From positions 70,111 to 134,110 of the forward strand of contig JBAZZB010000001.1 in the NCBI GenBank assembly GCA_041659045.1: a stretch of DNA of 64,000 nt. Direction: 5' to 3'. Positions 11,315-20,232 of this stretch are shown in pieces. The translations under genes were made by a program, and so were the position numbers. Below the pieces are notes generated by a model. That model saw only the letters and a program-made list of their open reading frames with translations. It had not been told where the DNA came from and did not search any database. Within the stretch, counting starts at the first letter, position 1; each line of letters opens with the position of its first letter. The DNA is from Patescibacteria group bacterium (GTDB lineage: Bacteria; Patescibacteriota; Patescibacteriia; SG8-24; DYFX01).

Positions 11315-11713
11315 TCAGTTGGGCGGCGTGGGCAGGAGCTCGGCCTCGGTCAGCTCGCCCACGGCCACCATCTGCAGGAGCCGCACGAAGCCGCGCATGT
11401 GCAGCTCCGACTCGCTCATGTTCCGGGCCATGCGGGTGAGCAGGCCGGAGAGATCGAAGTTCGCGGTCTGCAGCGCCGGCGTCGCGGCGATCACGTCGCC
11501 GAGGTCCGACCAGAGGTTGGGCGTGGCGTAGATCTTGGCCGAGATGCCGAAGCGCTCGACGGTGGCCATGACCTGCTCGCGCTCGACGTAGCCGGTGGTC
11601 GGGGCCCGCCGCTTGCCCGGGTTCGGGATCAAGTGGTGGTGAGCCCAGGCGAGCCAGGTGACGGTCGTGAGCAACCTGCTTCCGAGAATCTGAACGTTGG
11701 TCTTCAAGAACAT
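11315..11713 (-). CDS. hypothetical protein, strongly GC3-biased (likely horizontally acquired)
   Basis: AAGGAGG RBS then ATG (MFLKTN...); contains a WLAWAHHH His cluster; codon usage very different from the flanking prmC and NTP-transferase genes. Confidence 0.5.
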   Translation of the reverse strand: MFLKTNVQILGSRLLTTVTWLAWAHHHLIPNPGKRRAPTTGYVEREQVMATVERFGISAKIYATPNLWSDLGDVIAATPALQTANFDLSGLLTRMARNMSESELHMRGFVRLLQMVAVGELTEAELLPTPPN

Positions 11714-11758
11714 CCTCCTTGTAGGATGGCGGAATTTCACCCTACTTTTTGAAAGGTG

Positions 11759-12433
11759 TCAACCTTCGAAAGCGCGGCGTGCTGCTTCAAGCTCGTCTGG
11801 CGTGCCGACCGGCATCCAAAATTTCGATTCGATGAGCCGAACAGGATTTTTGTCCAAGTGTTTGGCAAGCGTTTGCGGTAGACCAAACTCGCCGTTCGGC
11901 AAAGCTGCCGGTTCGAGGGTGAAGAAACGTGCGTCGAGAACGCAGGCGCCGACATACACCTCATGCGCGGCGAGACCTGCAACGTCCTTATTTGGAATGA
12001 TACGTGCCAAAAAATTGCCGTTGCCTTCGAGATGGCTGTACGGGTTCGGTGTTGGGACTCGATGCGCCAGCATGGCAAAGGGCGCGGCAGAAGCTAATTT
12101 CTCCAAATCGTCTTTTGCGTACAGGTCGTCGCCGTTGAGCGCCAAGAACGCTTCGTCGCCCAAAAAAGGTTGGGCGCGCAGGAGGGCATCGTAGGTGCCG
12201 CGGAGGTCATTCTGCTCTACGCAGCGAACGCGCGTATCGTTTTCAAAACGTGCGCGGATCGAATGATTCAAGTGGCCGACGACGATAATGATGTCTGAAA
12301 TCGCGTCCGGAAGCGCTTCGATGGTGCGTTGAAGAATCGGCTTGCCGCCGACCTCGATCATCGGTTTCGGAATCGTGTCGGTCAGTGGCCGAAGGCGAGT
12401 ACCAAGGCCCGCCGCAAAGATGACGGCTTTCAT
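11759..12433 (-). CDS. sugar-phosphate nucleotidyltransferase (NTP_transferase family)
   Basis: MKAVIFAAGLGTRLRPLTDTIPKPMIEVGGKPILQ signature (G-x-G-T-R-L, PKP). Confidence 0.75.
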   Translation of the reverse strand: MKAVIFAAGLGTRLRPLTDTIPKPMIEVGGKPILQRTIEALPDAISDIIIVVGHLNHSIRARFENDTRVRCVEQNDLRGTYDALLRAQPFLGDEAFLALNGDDLYAKDDLEKLASAAPFAMLAHRVPTPNPYSHLEGNGNFLARIIPNKDVAGLAAHEVYVGACVLDARFFTLEPAALPNGEFGLPQTLAKHLDKNPVRLIESKFWMPVGTPDELEAARRAFEG

Positions 12434-12578
12434 AGTGCATTTTCATTCAAACTTTCCACAAGGGTACGACGAGGGGCTTGCGAAGCGAGGACTGTCTGAG
12501 GCAGGCGAGCAAGTATGCGAGCCGGTCGCGAAGCGAGCCGAGTTCCGCAGCGAGCAAGAGCCTCGACGTGCCCGACCC

Positions 12579-13667
12579 TCATTCCTCGTCGGAATCGCCA
12601 CCCGTACCGAATGTGCCCGCGCGGTCGGCTTCGTGAAGGGAGCGCATGATCTCGTCCAAGCCGCCTGCGAGAATCGCCGGCATGCCGTGCCAGGATTTCT
12701 TGATGCGATGATCCGTCACGCGATCTTGCGGGAAGTTGTAGGTGCGGATCTTTTCGGAGCGTCCGCCTTCGCCGATCTGGCCCTGGCGAAGGTCGGTGCG
12801 TGCCTTGCGGCGTTTTTCTTCTTCAATGGCAAACAAACGCGAGCGCAGCACGGCCATGGCTTTCTCGCGGTTCTGAATCTGACTGCGTTCGTCCTGGCAA
12901 CCGACGATCATGCCGGTCGGCAGGTACGTGATGCGTACGGCCGAATAGGTCGTTTGCACGCCTTGTCCGCCATGACCTCCGGCCAAGAACGTATCGATGC
13001 GGATATCCTTGGGATCGATTTTGATGTCGATGTCTTCCGCTTCAGGCATAGCGGCAACAGTCACGGTCGAGGTGTGCACGCGTCCCGCCTTTTCTGTTTC
13101 CGGCACGCGCTGCACGCGGTGGACGCCGGACTCGTATTTCATCTGGCGGTAGACATTCTTGCCCTGCAAACTGAAGATGGCTTCTTTCATGCCTCCGAGA
13201 TCGTTCAAGCTCTGCGAGATCGCGGCAACCTTCCAACCTTGCTTCTCGGCGTAACGCACGTACATGCGGAAAAGTTCTGCGGCGAAGAGCGCGGCTTCGT
13301 CGCCACCAACGCCCGCGCGGATTTCGATGATCGTGTTTTTCTTGTCGAGCGGATCGGGTTCGACCAAAGCGTCTTCGAGTGCCAAGCGCGCCGTTTCGAA
13401 CTCAGCGCCGACGCGCACGGCTTCGGCCTCGGCCATGGCTTTGAGTTCGGGGTCAGTTTCGCTCTTTAACATCGTGTCCGTGTCGGCAGCTTCTTTCTCA
13501 AGTGCCTCGTAGCGTTCGGCGATATCGAGGATCTCGCGCAGCTCGCTGTACTCCTGGTTGAGCGCGCGCATTTTTTGGTTGTCAGAAATCACCTCCGGTT
13601 GCGACAGAAGCGTTTCGATTTCTTGAAAGCGCGCGCGCTTGTTTTTGATTTCGACCGGGACATTCAT
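12579..13667 (-). CDS. prfA: peptide chain release factor 1
   Basis: RF-1 domain order with GGQ loop ([12 protein letters not shown]) and conserved RITYLPTG / DRVTDHRI segments; start set at the [10 protein letters not shown] methionine. Confidence 0.9.
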   Translation of the reverse strand: MNVPVEIKNKRARFQEIETLLSQPEVISDNQKMRALNQEYSELREILDIAERYEALEKEAADTDTMLKSETDPELKAMAEAEAVRVGAEFETARLALEDALVEPDPLDKKNTIIEIRAGVGGDEAALFAAELFRMYVRYAEKQGWKVAAISQSLNDLGGMKEAIFSLQGKNVYRQMKYESGVHRVQRVPETEKAGRVHTSTVTVAAMPEAEDIDIKIDPKDIRIDTFLAGGHGGQGVQTTYSAVRITYLPTGMIVGCQDERSQIQNREKAMAVLRSRLFAIEEEKRRKARTDLRQGQIGEGGRSEKIRTYNFPQDRVTDHRIKKSWHGMPAILAGGLDEIMRSLHEADRAGTFGTGGDSDEE

Positions 13668-13689
13668 ATGGAAGAGTATAGCGCAGATA

Positions 13690-13720
13690 GCCAAAACCCC
13701 CCGACGCTGTCGGGGGGTTT
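13690..13720 (-). terminator. intrinsic terminator after rpmE (minus strand)
   Basis: ccccccgac-gct-gtcgggggg hairpin immediately past the rpmE stop; a U-rich tail follows on the minus strand. Confidence 0.65.
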
Positions 13721-13727
13721 AGCGAAG

Positions 13728-14012
13728 CTACTTCGAGGCTTTGGCGGCTTTCTGGGCAACGCGCTTGATCGTGCGTGCCTTTTTTCCGGTGGCCTTGGCG
13801 GCCGTGCTCGGCTTCTTGGAGGTGCGCTCCTGGAACTTTTCGACGCGGCGGGAGGCGTCGACCAGCTTCTGCTTACCCGTGTAGAACGGGTGGCAGGCGG
13901 AACACAGTTCGACGTGGAGATCCTTAATGGTGGCTCCGGTCGAGAAGGTGTTGCCGCAGGCGCACACAACCTTGGCGTCAGAATAATATGTCGGGTGGGT
14001 GTCGGCTTTCAT
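13728..14012 (-). CDS. rpmE: 50S ribosomal protein L31 (zinc-binding type)
   Basis: [26 protein letters not shown]...[17 protein letters not shown]. This is the C-terminal end of the artefactual 848-aa antisense ORF 13728-16274. Confidence 0.85.
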   Translation of the reverse strand: MKADTHPTYYSDAKVVCACGNTFSTGATIKDLHVELCSACHPFYTGKQKLVDASRRVEKFQERTSKKPSTAAKATGKKARTIKRVAQKAAKASK

Positions 14013-14168
14013 ATATTGACTACGGCGAGGACTATAGCAGGGGCGCGTGGAGTTGGCAAGGGGTGAAGAAAGAAGCTTGACAAGTCGGGCTTTTTGCGGT
14101 AGGAAAAGGCCGCCGGTAACAATGCCGGTTACGCTTCTTGAAACGAACAAAGAAAGATCGAGGTCACA

Positions 14169-16196
14169 ATGCAGTGGATCACTCCACAGATGCTGGCTCT
14201 GTACGCGGGGGTTGCCTTCTTGGCACTCCTGATCCTGCCATCCATTCGGGTCATCGGACCTACGGAGGTTGGTCTCGTGACCAAACGCTTCGGCTTCAAG
14301 GAGCTGCCTGACGAGAATCCCATCGCCTTCAAGGGCGAGGCGGGGTTCCAGTCGGATCTGCTCCTGGCCGGATGGCACTTCAAGCTCTGGATCGTCTACG
14401 GCGTCCAGAAGTTCCCCTGGGTACAGGTGCCGGCGGGACAGATCGGTGTCGTCGTCGCCCAGCTCGGGCAGGCGCTGCCACCCGGCGCGAAGTCCGCGGC
14501 CTACAAGCAGGCGTTCGGCAACTTCACCGATCCTGCGGCGTTCGTGCAGCATGGCGGCCAGAAAGGCGCCCAGCGCCATCTGCTCATGCCCGGCACGTCG
14601 CTGCCGATCCATCCCGCGGCCTTCATGGTCATCACGAAGGAACGCGTCTACGGACTTCCGATCTCGCCGGAGCTCGAGCGCAAGGCCGGCAAGAACGGCC
14701 TGCGTCCTGAGGTCTTCGGCCTCGAGGCCACGCAGCTCGATCTCGTCCAGATCGGACCGGTGAAGGACAAGGAAGGCAAAGACACCGACATGATCGGTAT
14801 CGTGACCGCCCTCGAAGGCGATCCGCTGCCGCCGACCGACATCGCTTGCCGCCTCGGCGGCTTCACCGATCTCGGCACGATGATGCAGGGCGCCGACTGC
14901 AAGGACAGCGACCTCAGCGAGGCGTTGCTCGGCAGCCAGAACAAGCAGCACAACAACTACCAGAACTTCCAGGCGTTCCTCGACGCCGGCGGCAAGATCG
15001 GCGTCCAGCACGACCCACTCCTCTCCGGAGCGTACGCGCTGAACCCGTTCCTCGTCCGCGTCGAGCGCGTGCCGATGCTGGTCGTGAACCAGGGCGAGGT
15101 CGCGGTCGTGAAGGCCTTCGTCGGCCTGATGACCGAGGACGTCTCCGGCGCCGGGTACAAGCACGGCTCGCTCGTGCGCCCCGGCCGCCGCGGCATCTGG
15201 GAGGAGCCCCTCCGCACCGGCAAGTACGCGCTCAACCCGCGCTGCTACCAGGTCGAGATCGTGCCGACGGCGATCCTCACGCTCAACTGGGCGGAGGCCG
15301 TCTCCAAGGCGCACAACTTCGACTCGGGGCTGAGCCAGATCGACGCCAAGAGCCGTGAGGGCTTCGAGTTCGCCATCGACCTGCAGGTCCAGATCCACGT
15401 GCCTGACACCAACGCCTCGCGCGTGATCGCCGCGGTCGGGACGATGCACAACCTGGTCAACGAGGTCCTGCAGGCGGCGGTGGGCAACCACTTCCGCGAC
15501 AAGCTGCAGGGGCTCCCGGCCATCAAGTTCATCGAGACCCGCCAGGAGATCCAGGTCGAGGCGTTCGCCCACATCAAGCAGGAGCTGGCCAAGTATGATG
15601 TCGAGACACGCGGCGTCTACATCCAGGACGTCGTCCAGCCCAAGGCGCTGATCGACGTGCTCACGGAGCGCGAGATCGCGAACCAGAAGATCGCGACCTA
15701 CAAGAAGGAGCAGGAGGCCGAGGAGACGCGCGTCGCGATGGAGCAGGCGAAGGGCAAGGCCGACATGCAGGCCAAGCTCGCGCAGTCCACGGTGCAGGTC
15801 GACATCGAGACCAACAACGCCAACGCCCTCAGGGCCAAGGCGGGCGGCGAGTCGAACTACATCGAGACGGTCGGCGCCGCCGAGGCCGCCAAGATCAAGG
15901 CGCGCGGTCTCGCGGAGGCCGCCGGCTACCAGGCGCAGAAGGATGCGATCGGCCCGCAGGCGACCGCCATCGTCAACGCCATCCAGGCCATCGCCGACGG
16001 CAAGGTCAACATCATGCCCGAGGTGCTCGTGGTCGGCGGCGGAGGCGGCGCGTTCGAAGCGCTCGCCAGCGTCGTCACCCAGGCGGCTCGCTCCGGCAAC
16101 GTGCCCGGCCTCGGCAAGGCCCAGCCCGTCGCTTCGGCAGCGCCGCTCGAGAGCGGCAGCAACGGCAAGTCGCAGAGCGGCACACTCAACGGCTAG
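14169..16196 (+). CDS. SPFH/band-7 domain protein, flotillin-like (YqiK/FloT-type) with long coiled-coil tail; high-GC3 foreign-looking gene
   Basis: N-terminal TM segment, SPFH-like core, then an EA-rich coiled coil ([37 protein letters not shown]... [20 protein letters not shown]) and a GGGGG tail; about 68% GC versus about 57% in neighbouring genes. Confidence 0.65.
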   Translation: MQWITPQMLALYAGVAFLALLILPSIRVIGPTEVGLVTKRFGFKELPDENPIAFKGEAGFQSDLLLAGWHFKLWIVYGVQKFPWVQVPAGQIGVVVAQLGQALPPGAKSAAYKQAFGNFTDPAAFVQHGGQKGAQRHLLMPGTSLPIHPAAFMVITKERVYGLPISPELERKAGKNGLRPEVFGLEATQLDLVQIGPVKDKEGKDTDMIGIVTALEGDPLPPTDIACRLGGFTDLGTMMQGADCKDSDLSEALLGSQNKQHNNYQNFQAFLDAGGKIGVQHDPLLSGAYALNPFLVRVERVPMLVVNQGEVAVVKAFVGLMTEDVSGAGYKHGSLVRPGRRGIWEEPLRTGKYALNPRCYQVEIVPTAILTLNWAEAVSKAHNFDSGLSQIDAKSREGFEFAIDLQVQIHVPDTNASRVIAAVGTMHNLVNEVLQAAVGNHFRDKLQGLPAIKFIETRQEIQVEAFAHIKQELAKYDVETRGVYIQDVVQPKALIDVLTEREIANQKIATYKKEQEAEETRVAMEQAKGKADMQAKLAQSTVQVDIETNNANALRAKAGGESNYIETVGAAEAAKIKARGLAEAAGYQAQKDAIGPQATAIVNAIQAIADGKVNIMPEVLVVGGGGGAFEALASVVTQAARSGNVPGLGKAQPVASAAPLESGSNGKSQSGTLNG

Positions 16197-16214
16197 TACG
16201 ATCAGCTCAACCAG

Positions 16215-16248
16215 ACCAAACCTTCGCGGTTTGGTCTTTTCTTTTTGC
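16215..16248 (+). terminator. intrinsic terminator after the flotillin-like gene
   Basis: gaccaaacc-ttcgc-ggtttggtc hairpin followed by ttttctttttg. Confidence 0.75.
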
Positions 16249-16276
16249 GTGCTATGGTCGAGGTAAGGAGGCATCC

Positions 16277-16648
16277 ATGCCGTACCAACTCAGCGTCCTC
16301 TTGGTCATCTTCTTGGCCTGCTCAGGTCCTAACTCCACGGGCCTGTCCACGACAACCTCGGAGCATGGCGAATCGATCGTTCAGTGCCTGACACGCAAGG
16401 AGGTGCGCCTCTACGGTGCGTCGTGGTGCAATTTCTGCCAGGAACAGCTCCTTCTTTTTGGCGACGATGTGGCCGGTCTTCCCTATACGGACTGCGATCC
16501 AAAGGGGGAGCTGGACTTCAGAGAAACTTGTACGGAGCAAGGCGTGCCGTACGGAACGATTATCCCCGTATGGATTTTCAAAGACGGTTCGCGTCTCTAC
16601 GGCGTGCGCCATCCAGACGTGATCGCCGTCGTCGCAGACTGTCCCTAG
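16277..16648 (+). CDS. secreted thioredoxin-fold lipoprotein (CxxC)
   Basis: AGGAGG RBS; signal peptide with lipobox ([10 protein letters not shown]); [14 protein letters not shown] thioredoxin/glutaredoxin-like CxxC motif. Confidence 0.55.
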   Translation: MPYQLSVLLVIFLACSGPNSTGLSTTTSEHGESIVQCLTRKEVRLYGASWCNFCQEQLLLFGDDVAGLPYTDCDPKGELDFRETCTEQGVPYGTIIPVWIFKDGSRLYGVRHPDVIAVVADCP

Positions 16649-16671
16649 TATCGACTAGGGATTTTTCTTTT
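16643..16671 (+). terminator. terminator after the thioredoxin-like gene
   Basis: ccctagt-atcg-actaggg hairpin followed by atttttcttttc. Confidence 0.5.
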
Positions 16672-16712
16672 CTGCAAAAATAATACGCCCGCCATCAGAG
16701 TGACAGCGGGCG
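16669..16712 (-). terminator. terminator after the RNA ligase gene (minus strand)
   Basis: cgcccgc ... gcgggcg stem; tattatttttgcag follows on the minus strand. Confidence 0.45.
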
Positions 16713-16718
16713 AGCGTC

Positions 16719-17798
16719 TCATCCGTAGTCGCGGACGAGCTTGTACCAGTTCGGTTCCTTTCGTCCGGAGTGGAGGATGAAGATCGCTCCGCGCAGATGC
16801 CCGGGCACCTCCTGCTCCACCCAGGCGGCGAATGCCTTGCGGGATTCGCAACCCTTGGCGCGCTCCAGGTGAGAGAGCGTCTCGAGACGCAAGACTTCGA
16901 CCTTGGTGTCGATCTCCGCGACGATGCGATCCGCATCGATGCGAACCTCTTCGGTCACTTCGGCGACGAGCTTCAGGTACTTCTCCTTGCCGCCCGAGAC
17001 GAGTGCCTCCACGATGTTGGGCGTGGAGATGTCCCAGACGTTTCGACTCAGGGCGCAGTAGGCCTGACCCTTGAGCTTCACGCGCAGACCGTTGGCGAAC
17101 AGGAGGACGAATCCTTCCTGATCGGCCGGCAGCGCCTTGGCGGTGGCGAAGGCCTCCTCGAACGAGGAGAACTCGTACACCTTGGGCAGCCGCGCGCCGA
17201 TCGCCTTCGCGATCTCGACGACTTCGTTCCACGGCAACTCCTCGCCGGTGACCCGGTGACGAAGTCCGAGGAGCACGAGCCCTTCGTAGTCGTAGGTGAT
17301 GACCGAGAGAGCGAACCCTCCGGCCGTCTCGTGCTGCTTCGGGTACACGATCTCGAAGATCGGGGTGTAGCCTTCGGGCAGCGCCTCGAGTCGGAGCCGA
17401 TGCAGCATCTCGGTACCACGAAGCGCTTGCTTCGTATCGAAGCTACCGCGCGTCGCGATCCGTGCTTCGCCGTGCTCGTCGCGATACATCGTGCCGAGCG
17501 TGCCGTCGACCTTCTCGAACGCCTTGAAGGGCAGATCGGGGAGATCGGCGAACTGCGTCGACGACGGGTGGTTGCCGACGTTCGAGAACTTGTCGAAGGG
17601 GCGAGAAGCGATCGACCAGTCACGCGTGTCGATGATCAGGCCGCGACTGACGCGCAGGACGTCATCCCACGTACTCGTGGTCTCGCACTTCTCGGTGTAG
17701 TTGAACAGAACCAGTGGGCCCTGCTTCTTCACCGTGATCAGGTTCTCGTAGCGGGGGAAGAGCGTACCGTCTCGGTACAGCTCGATCACCTTGAGCAT
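16719..17798 (-). CDS. ATP-dependent RNA ligase, T4 Rnl1 (gp63)-like family; high-GC3 foreign-looking gene
   Basis: Nucleotidyltransferase motif I FEKVDGTLG (KxDG); GLIIDTRDWSIASRPFDKFSNVGNHP parallels T4 Rnl1 GIMFEMDG...IASRPMEKFFNLNENP; FEIVYP and a later GFVLLFANG...KLK motif. Start at M31 (GGAGG RBS); the upstream extension in the track is probably not translated. Confidence 0.65.
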   Translation of the reverse strand: MLKVIELYRDGTLFPRYENLITVKKQGPLVLFNYTEKCETTSTWDDVLRVSRGLIIDTRDWSIASRPFDKFSNVGNHPSSTQFADLPDLPFKAFEKVDGTLGTMYRDEHGEARIATRGSFDTKQALRGTEMLHRLRLEALPEGYTPIFEIVYPKQHETAGGFALSVITYDYEGLVLLGLRHRVTGEELPWNEVVEIAKAIGARLPKVYEFSSFEEAFATAKALPADQEGFVLLFANGLRVKLKGQAYCALSRNVWDISTPNIVEALVSGGKEKYLKLVAEVTEEVRIDADRIVAEIDTKVEVLRLETLSHLERAKGCESRKAFAAWVEQEVPGHLRGAIFILHSGRKEPNWYKLVRDYG

Positions 17799-17897
17799 GA
17801 GGGCCTCCAGCGGGTTGGGGGGGTACAGAAGCGGTGTCGATCGGAATGAGCGACCAGCTAAGGTACCCGATTTTAAGGCTTTTGTCAATATTCCCGC

Positions 17898-17926
17898 TTG
17901 ACAGCCTCGAGGATCCTCCCTATACT
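17898..17926 (+). promoter_or_regulatory. sigma70 consensus promoter for the rpsB-tsf operon
   Basis: TTGACA (17898-17903), exactly 17-nt spacer, TATACT (17921-17926); about 100-nt leader before the rpsB ATG. Confidence 0.55.
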
Positions 17927-18031
17927 TCGCCCATTATTAACCTCACATTCCCGACAACACTCCTGGGCGCTTCCATCCTCTGGATACGGAAGTCCCGGCC
18001 GGGAAGGTGATAAAAGGAGTATTCATCTCTT

Positions 18032-18793
18032 ATGTACGAGATTCCCGATCTTCTTGAGTTTCTCAAGACGGGCGCCCACTTCGGCCACCAGGTCTCGAAG
18101 TGGCACCCGAAAATGAAGCCGTTTATCTTCGGTTCGCGCAACGGCATTCACATCATCGACTTGGAGCAGACCGTCGTGAAGTTGAAAGAAGCGCTCGACA
18201 CCGCGCGCGACATGACCGCCAAGGGCGGCGTGATCGTCTTCCTCGGCACCAAGCGCCAAGCTGCGCCGATCGTTGAGAAGTACGCCAAGGCCTGCGGTGC
18301 TCCGTACATCACGACCCGCTGGCTCGGAGGCACGTTCACGAACTTCCCGGAACTCTCGAAGCTCATCAAAAAGCTCAACGAGTACCGCATGAAGCGCGAC
18401 ACGGGCGGCTTCGACAAGTACACGAAGAAGGAACGCGTTGTCATTGATCGCGAGATTGAAGACATGGAGCGCAAGGTCGGCGGCATCGCGCCTCTCACCA
18501 AGCTTCCGGAAGCGATCTTCGTGATCGACGCCAAGCACGAGAAAACGGCCGTTGAAGAATCGCGCGCCAAGAAGATCCCGATCTTCGGCCTGATCGACTC
18601 GAACATCAACCCGGAAGACATCACCTACGGCATTCCGGCCAACGACGACGCTGTGAAGTCCATCGAACTCTTCACACGTCTCTTCTCCGAAGCTGTGGCC
18701 GAAGGTCGCAAGATCTACGAGAAGAACGCGGCTGCCAAGAAGGTTGAAGCTGCGAAGGTGTCCGAAGAGCCGACTCGCGTCATCACCGCGTAA
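18032..18793 (+). CDS. rpsB: 30S ribosomal protein S2
   Basis: LLEFLKTGAHFGHQVSKWHPKMKPFIFGSRNGIHIIDLEQT...VIDAKHE...GLIDSNINPEDITYGIPANDD. Confidence 0.95.
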   Translation: MYEIPDLLEFLKTGAHFGHQVSKWHPKMKPFIFGSRNGIHIIDLEQTVVKLKEALDTARDMTAKGGVIVFLGTKRQAAPIVEKYAKACGAPYITTRWLGGTFTNFPELSKLIKKLNEYRMKRDTGGFDKYTKKERVVIDREIEDMERKVGGIAPLTKLPEAIFVIDAKHEKTAVEESRAKKIPIFGLIDSNINPEDITYGIPANDDAVKSIELFTRLFSEAVAEGRKIYEKNAAAKKVEAAKVSEEPTRVITA

Positions 18794-18818
18794 CCATTCG
18801 TCACTTATTTTCGTTCCT

Positions 18819-19427
18819 ATGATCGACGCCAAAATCGTCTCTCAACTTCGCACCATGACGGGTGCCGGTATCGTCGAGTGCAAGAAGGCACTCGAAGAAG
18901 CGAACGGTGATCTCGCCGCCGCGGCCGAACTGCTTCGTAAGAAGGGGATCGCCAAGGCCGGATCGAAAGCCGAGCGCAACACGTCTGAAGGTCTCATCTA
19001 CGCCTACGTACACGGCAACGGTAAAGTTGGCGCGATGGTCGAGATTCTCTGCGAAACGGATTTCGTCGCCCGCACCGAAGGTTTCAAGGAGCTGTGCCAT
19101 GAGCTCGGTCTCCAGATCGCGGCCATGAACCCGCTCTACGTGTCGAAAGACCAGATCCCGGCGGAAGTTGTCGAAAAGGAGAAGTCGATCTACGCCGAAG
19201 AGTTCGCGGGATCGAGCAAGCCGGCCGACGTCGTCGGAAAAATCCTCGAGGGCAAGCTCTCGAAGTGGTATTCCGAGGTCTGCCTCTTGAACCAGGCGTA
19301 CATCAAAGACGAAGACAAAACCGTCGAAGATATCGTGAAGGAAACGATCTCCAAGTGCGGAGAAAACATCCAGGTCAAGCGCTTCACGCGTTTCGCCATG
19401 GAAGGCTCTACCCAGGTCCCCGGCTAG
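18819..19427 (+). CDS. tsf: translation elongation factor Ts (short, about 200-aa form)
   Basis: MIDAKIVSQLRTMTGAGIVECKKALEEANGDLAAAAELLRKKG (UBA-like N-terminus), then ILCETDFVARTEGF; immediately downstream of rpsB. Confidence 0.9.
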   Translation: MIDAKIVSQLRTMTGAGIVECKKALEEANGDLAAAAELLRKKGIAKAGSKAERNTSEGLIYAYVHGNGKVGAMVEILCETDFVARTEGFKELCHELGLQIAAMNPLYVSKDQIPAEVVEKEKSIYAEEFAGSSKPADVVGKILEGKLSKWYSEVCLLNQAYIKDEDKTVEDIVKETISKCGENIQVKRFTRFAMEGSTQVPG

Positions 19428-19439
19428 TCGTCAGAAAAA

Positions 19440-19465
19440 CCGCCCACAGGCGGTTTTTCTTTTTC
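19440..19465 (+). terminator. intrinsic terminator after tsf
   Basis: ccgcc-caca-ggcgg hairpin followed by tttttctttttc. Confidence 0.75.
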
Positions 19466-19493
19466 ATGCTATTTTTATAGGACGGAGGACGTC

Positions 19494-20153
19494 ATGCGAA
19501 CGCACTTTTGGTATCTCGTGCTTCTCTTTACGCTCGCAGCTTGCGCCGCCCGTCCCGCACGGGTGCGAAGCGCGAAGCCGAGCCCGCATGACACACCGCG
19601 CACGCTTCCGATCTGGATCGAGGACGATCCGCGGATGCCAAAGGAAGCTGTGATGCGCGGTTGTCAGAAGTGGAAAGCGAAGAACATCACCTGCATCGAA
19701 GTTCTCGCGCCTGAGGACTCCAAGATCCAGATCTACGCGGATGACGGCATTTGTGTTGAACGGGACGAAAAAGGAGCGGTGACGCGCAGGACTCTGGCGT
19801 GGGCCTTCTATGGAGGCCGCGTGACGATGATGGCGAACTGTCTGACGAAGACGCTCGACGGCGCGTTTGATCCGCACCAACTCAGCGCGGTCGTGACCCA
19901 CGAAGTCGGGCATCAGCTCGGTATCTGGGATCACGTGCCCGGTTCCTGCACGGAAGAGGGGATCGCGATCCATGAAGAAACGGGTCGCGGGATCTGTGGA
20001 GTGGCCGTCATGAACAAGTATTACAACCCGCGCGTCAGTATTGTTACGGTCGTCGATGCCATGGCTTTCGACGAACGCAATCCCGAGTTTTCCCTCGCGA
20101 TCAGTGACATGAAAGACATTCCGATCTGCACCTACCACGAATCCGCGCCCTGA
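19494..20153 (+). CDS. secreted zinc metalloprotease lipoprotein, metzincin/snapalysin-like
   Basis: GGAGG RBS; lipoprotein signal (LLFTLAAC); HExxHxxGxxD zinc-binding motif THEVGHQLGIWDH. Confidence 0.6.
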   Translation: MRTHFWYLVLLFTLAACAARPARVRSAKPSPHDTPRTLPIWIEDDPRMPKEAVMRGCQKWKAKNITCIEVLAPEDSKIQIYADDGICVERDEKGAVTRRTLAWAFYGGRVTMMANCLTKTLDGAFDPHQLSAVVTHEVGHQLGIWDHVPGSCTEEGIAIHEETGRGICGVAVMNKYYNPRVSIVTVVDAMAFDERNPEFSLAISDMKDIPICTYHESAP

Positions 20154-20167
20154 GCGCGGATCTTTTT
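20143..20167 (+). terminator. terminator overlapping the protease stop codon
   Basis: ccgcgc-cctga-gcgcgg hairpin (TGA stop in the loop) followed by atctttttatc. Confidence 0.5.
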
Positions 20168-20232
20168 ATCTGGACATGCAGATGTTTTTATGTACTTCAC
20201 GCGACGCGCCCCACCTCTTATACTGTCAGTGT

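Noticed and set aside
13728-16274. 848-aa track ORF on the minus strand
   Set aside because: Only its last 95 codons (13728-14012) are a real gene, ribosomal protein L31. The rest is a stop-free antisense frame of the high-GC flotillin-like gene, with no RBS or motif.
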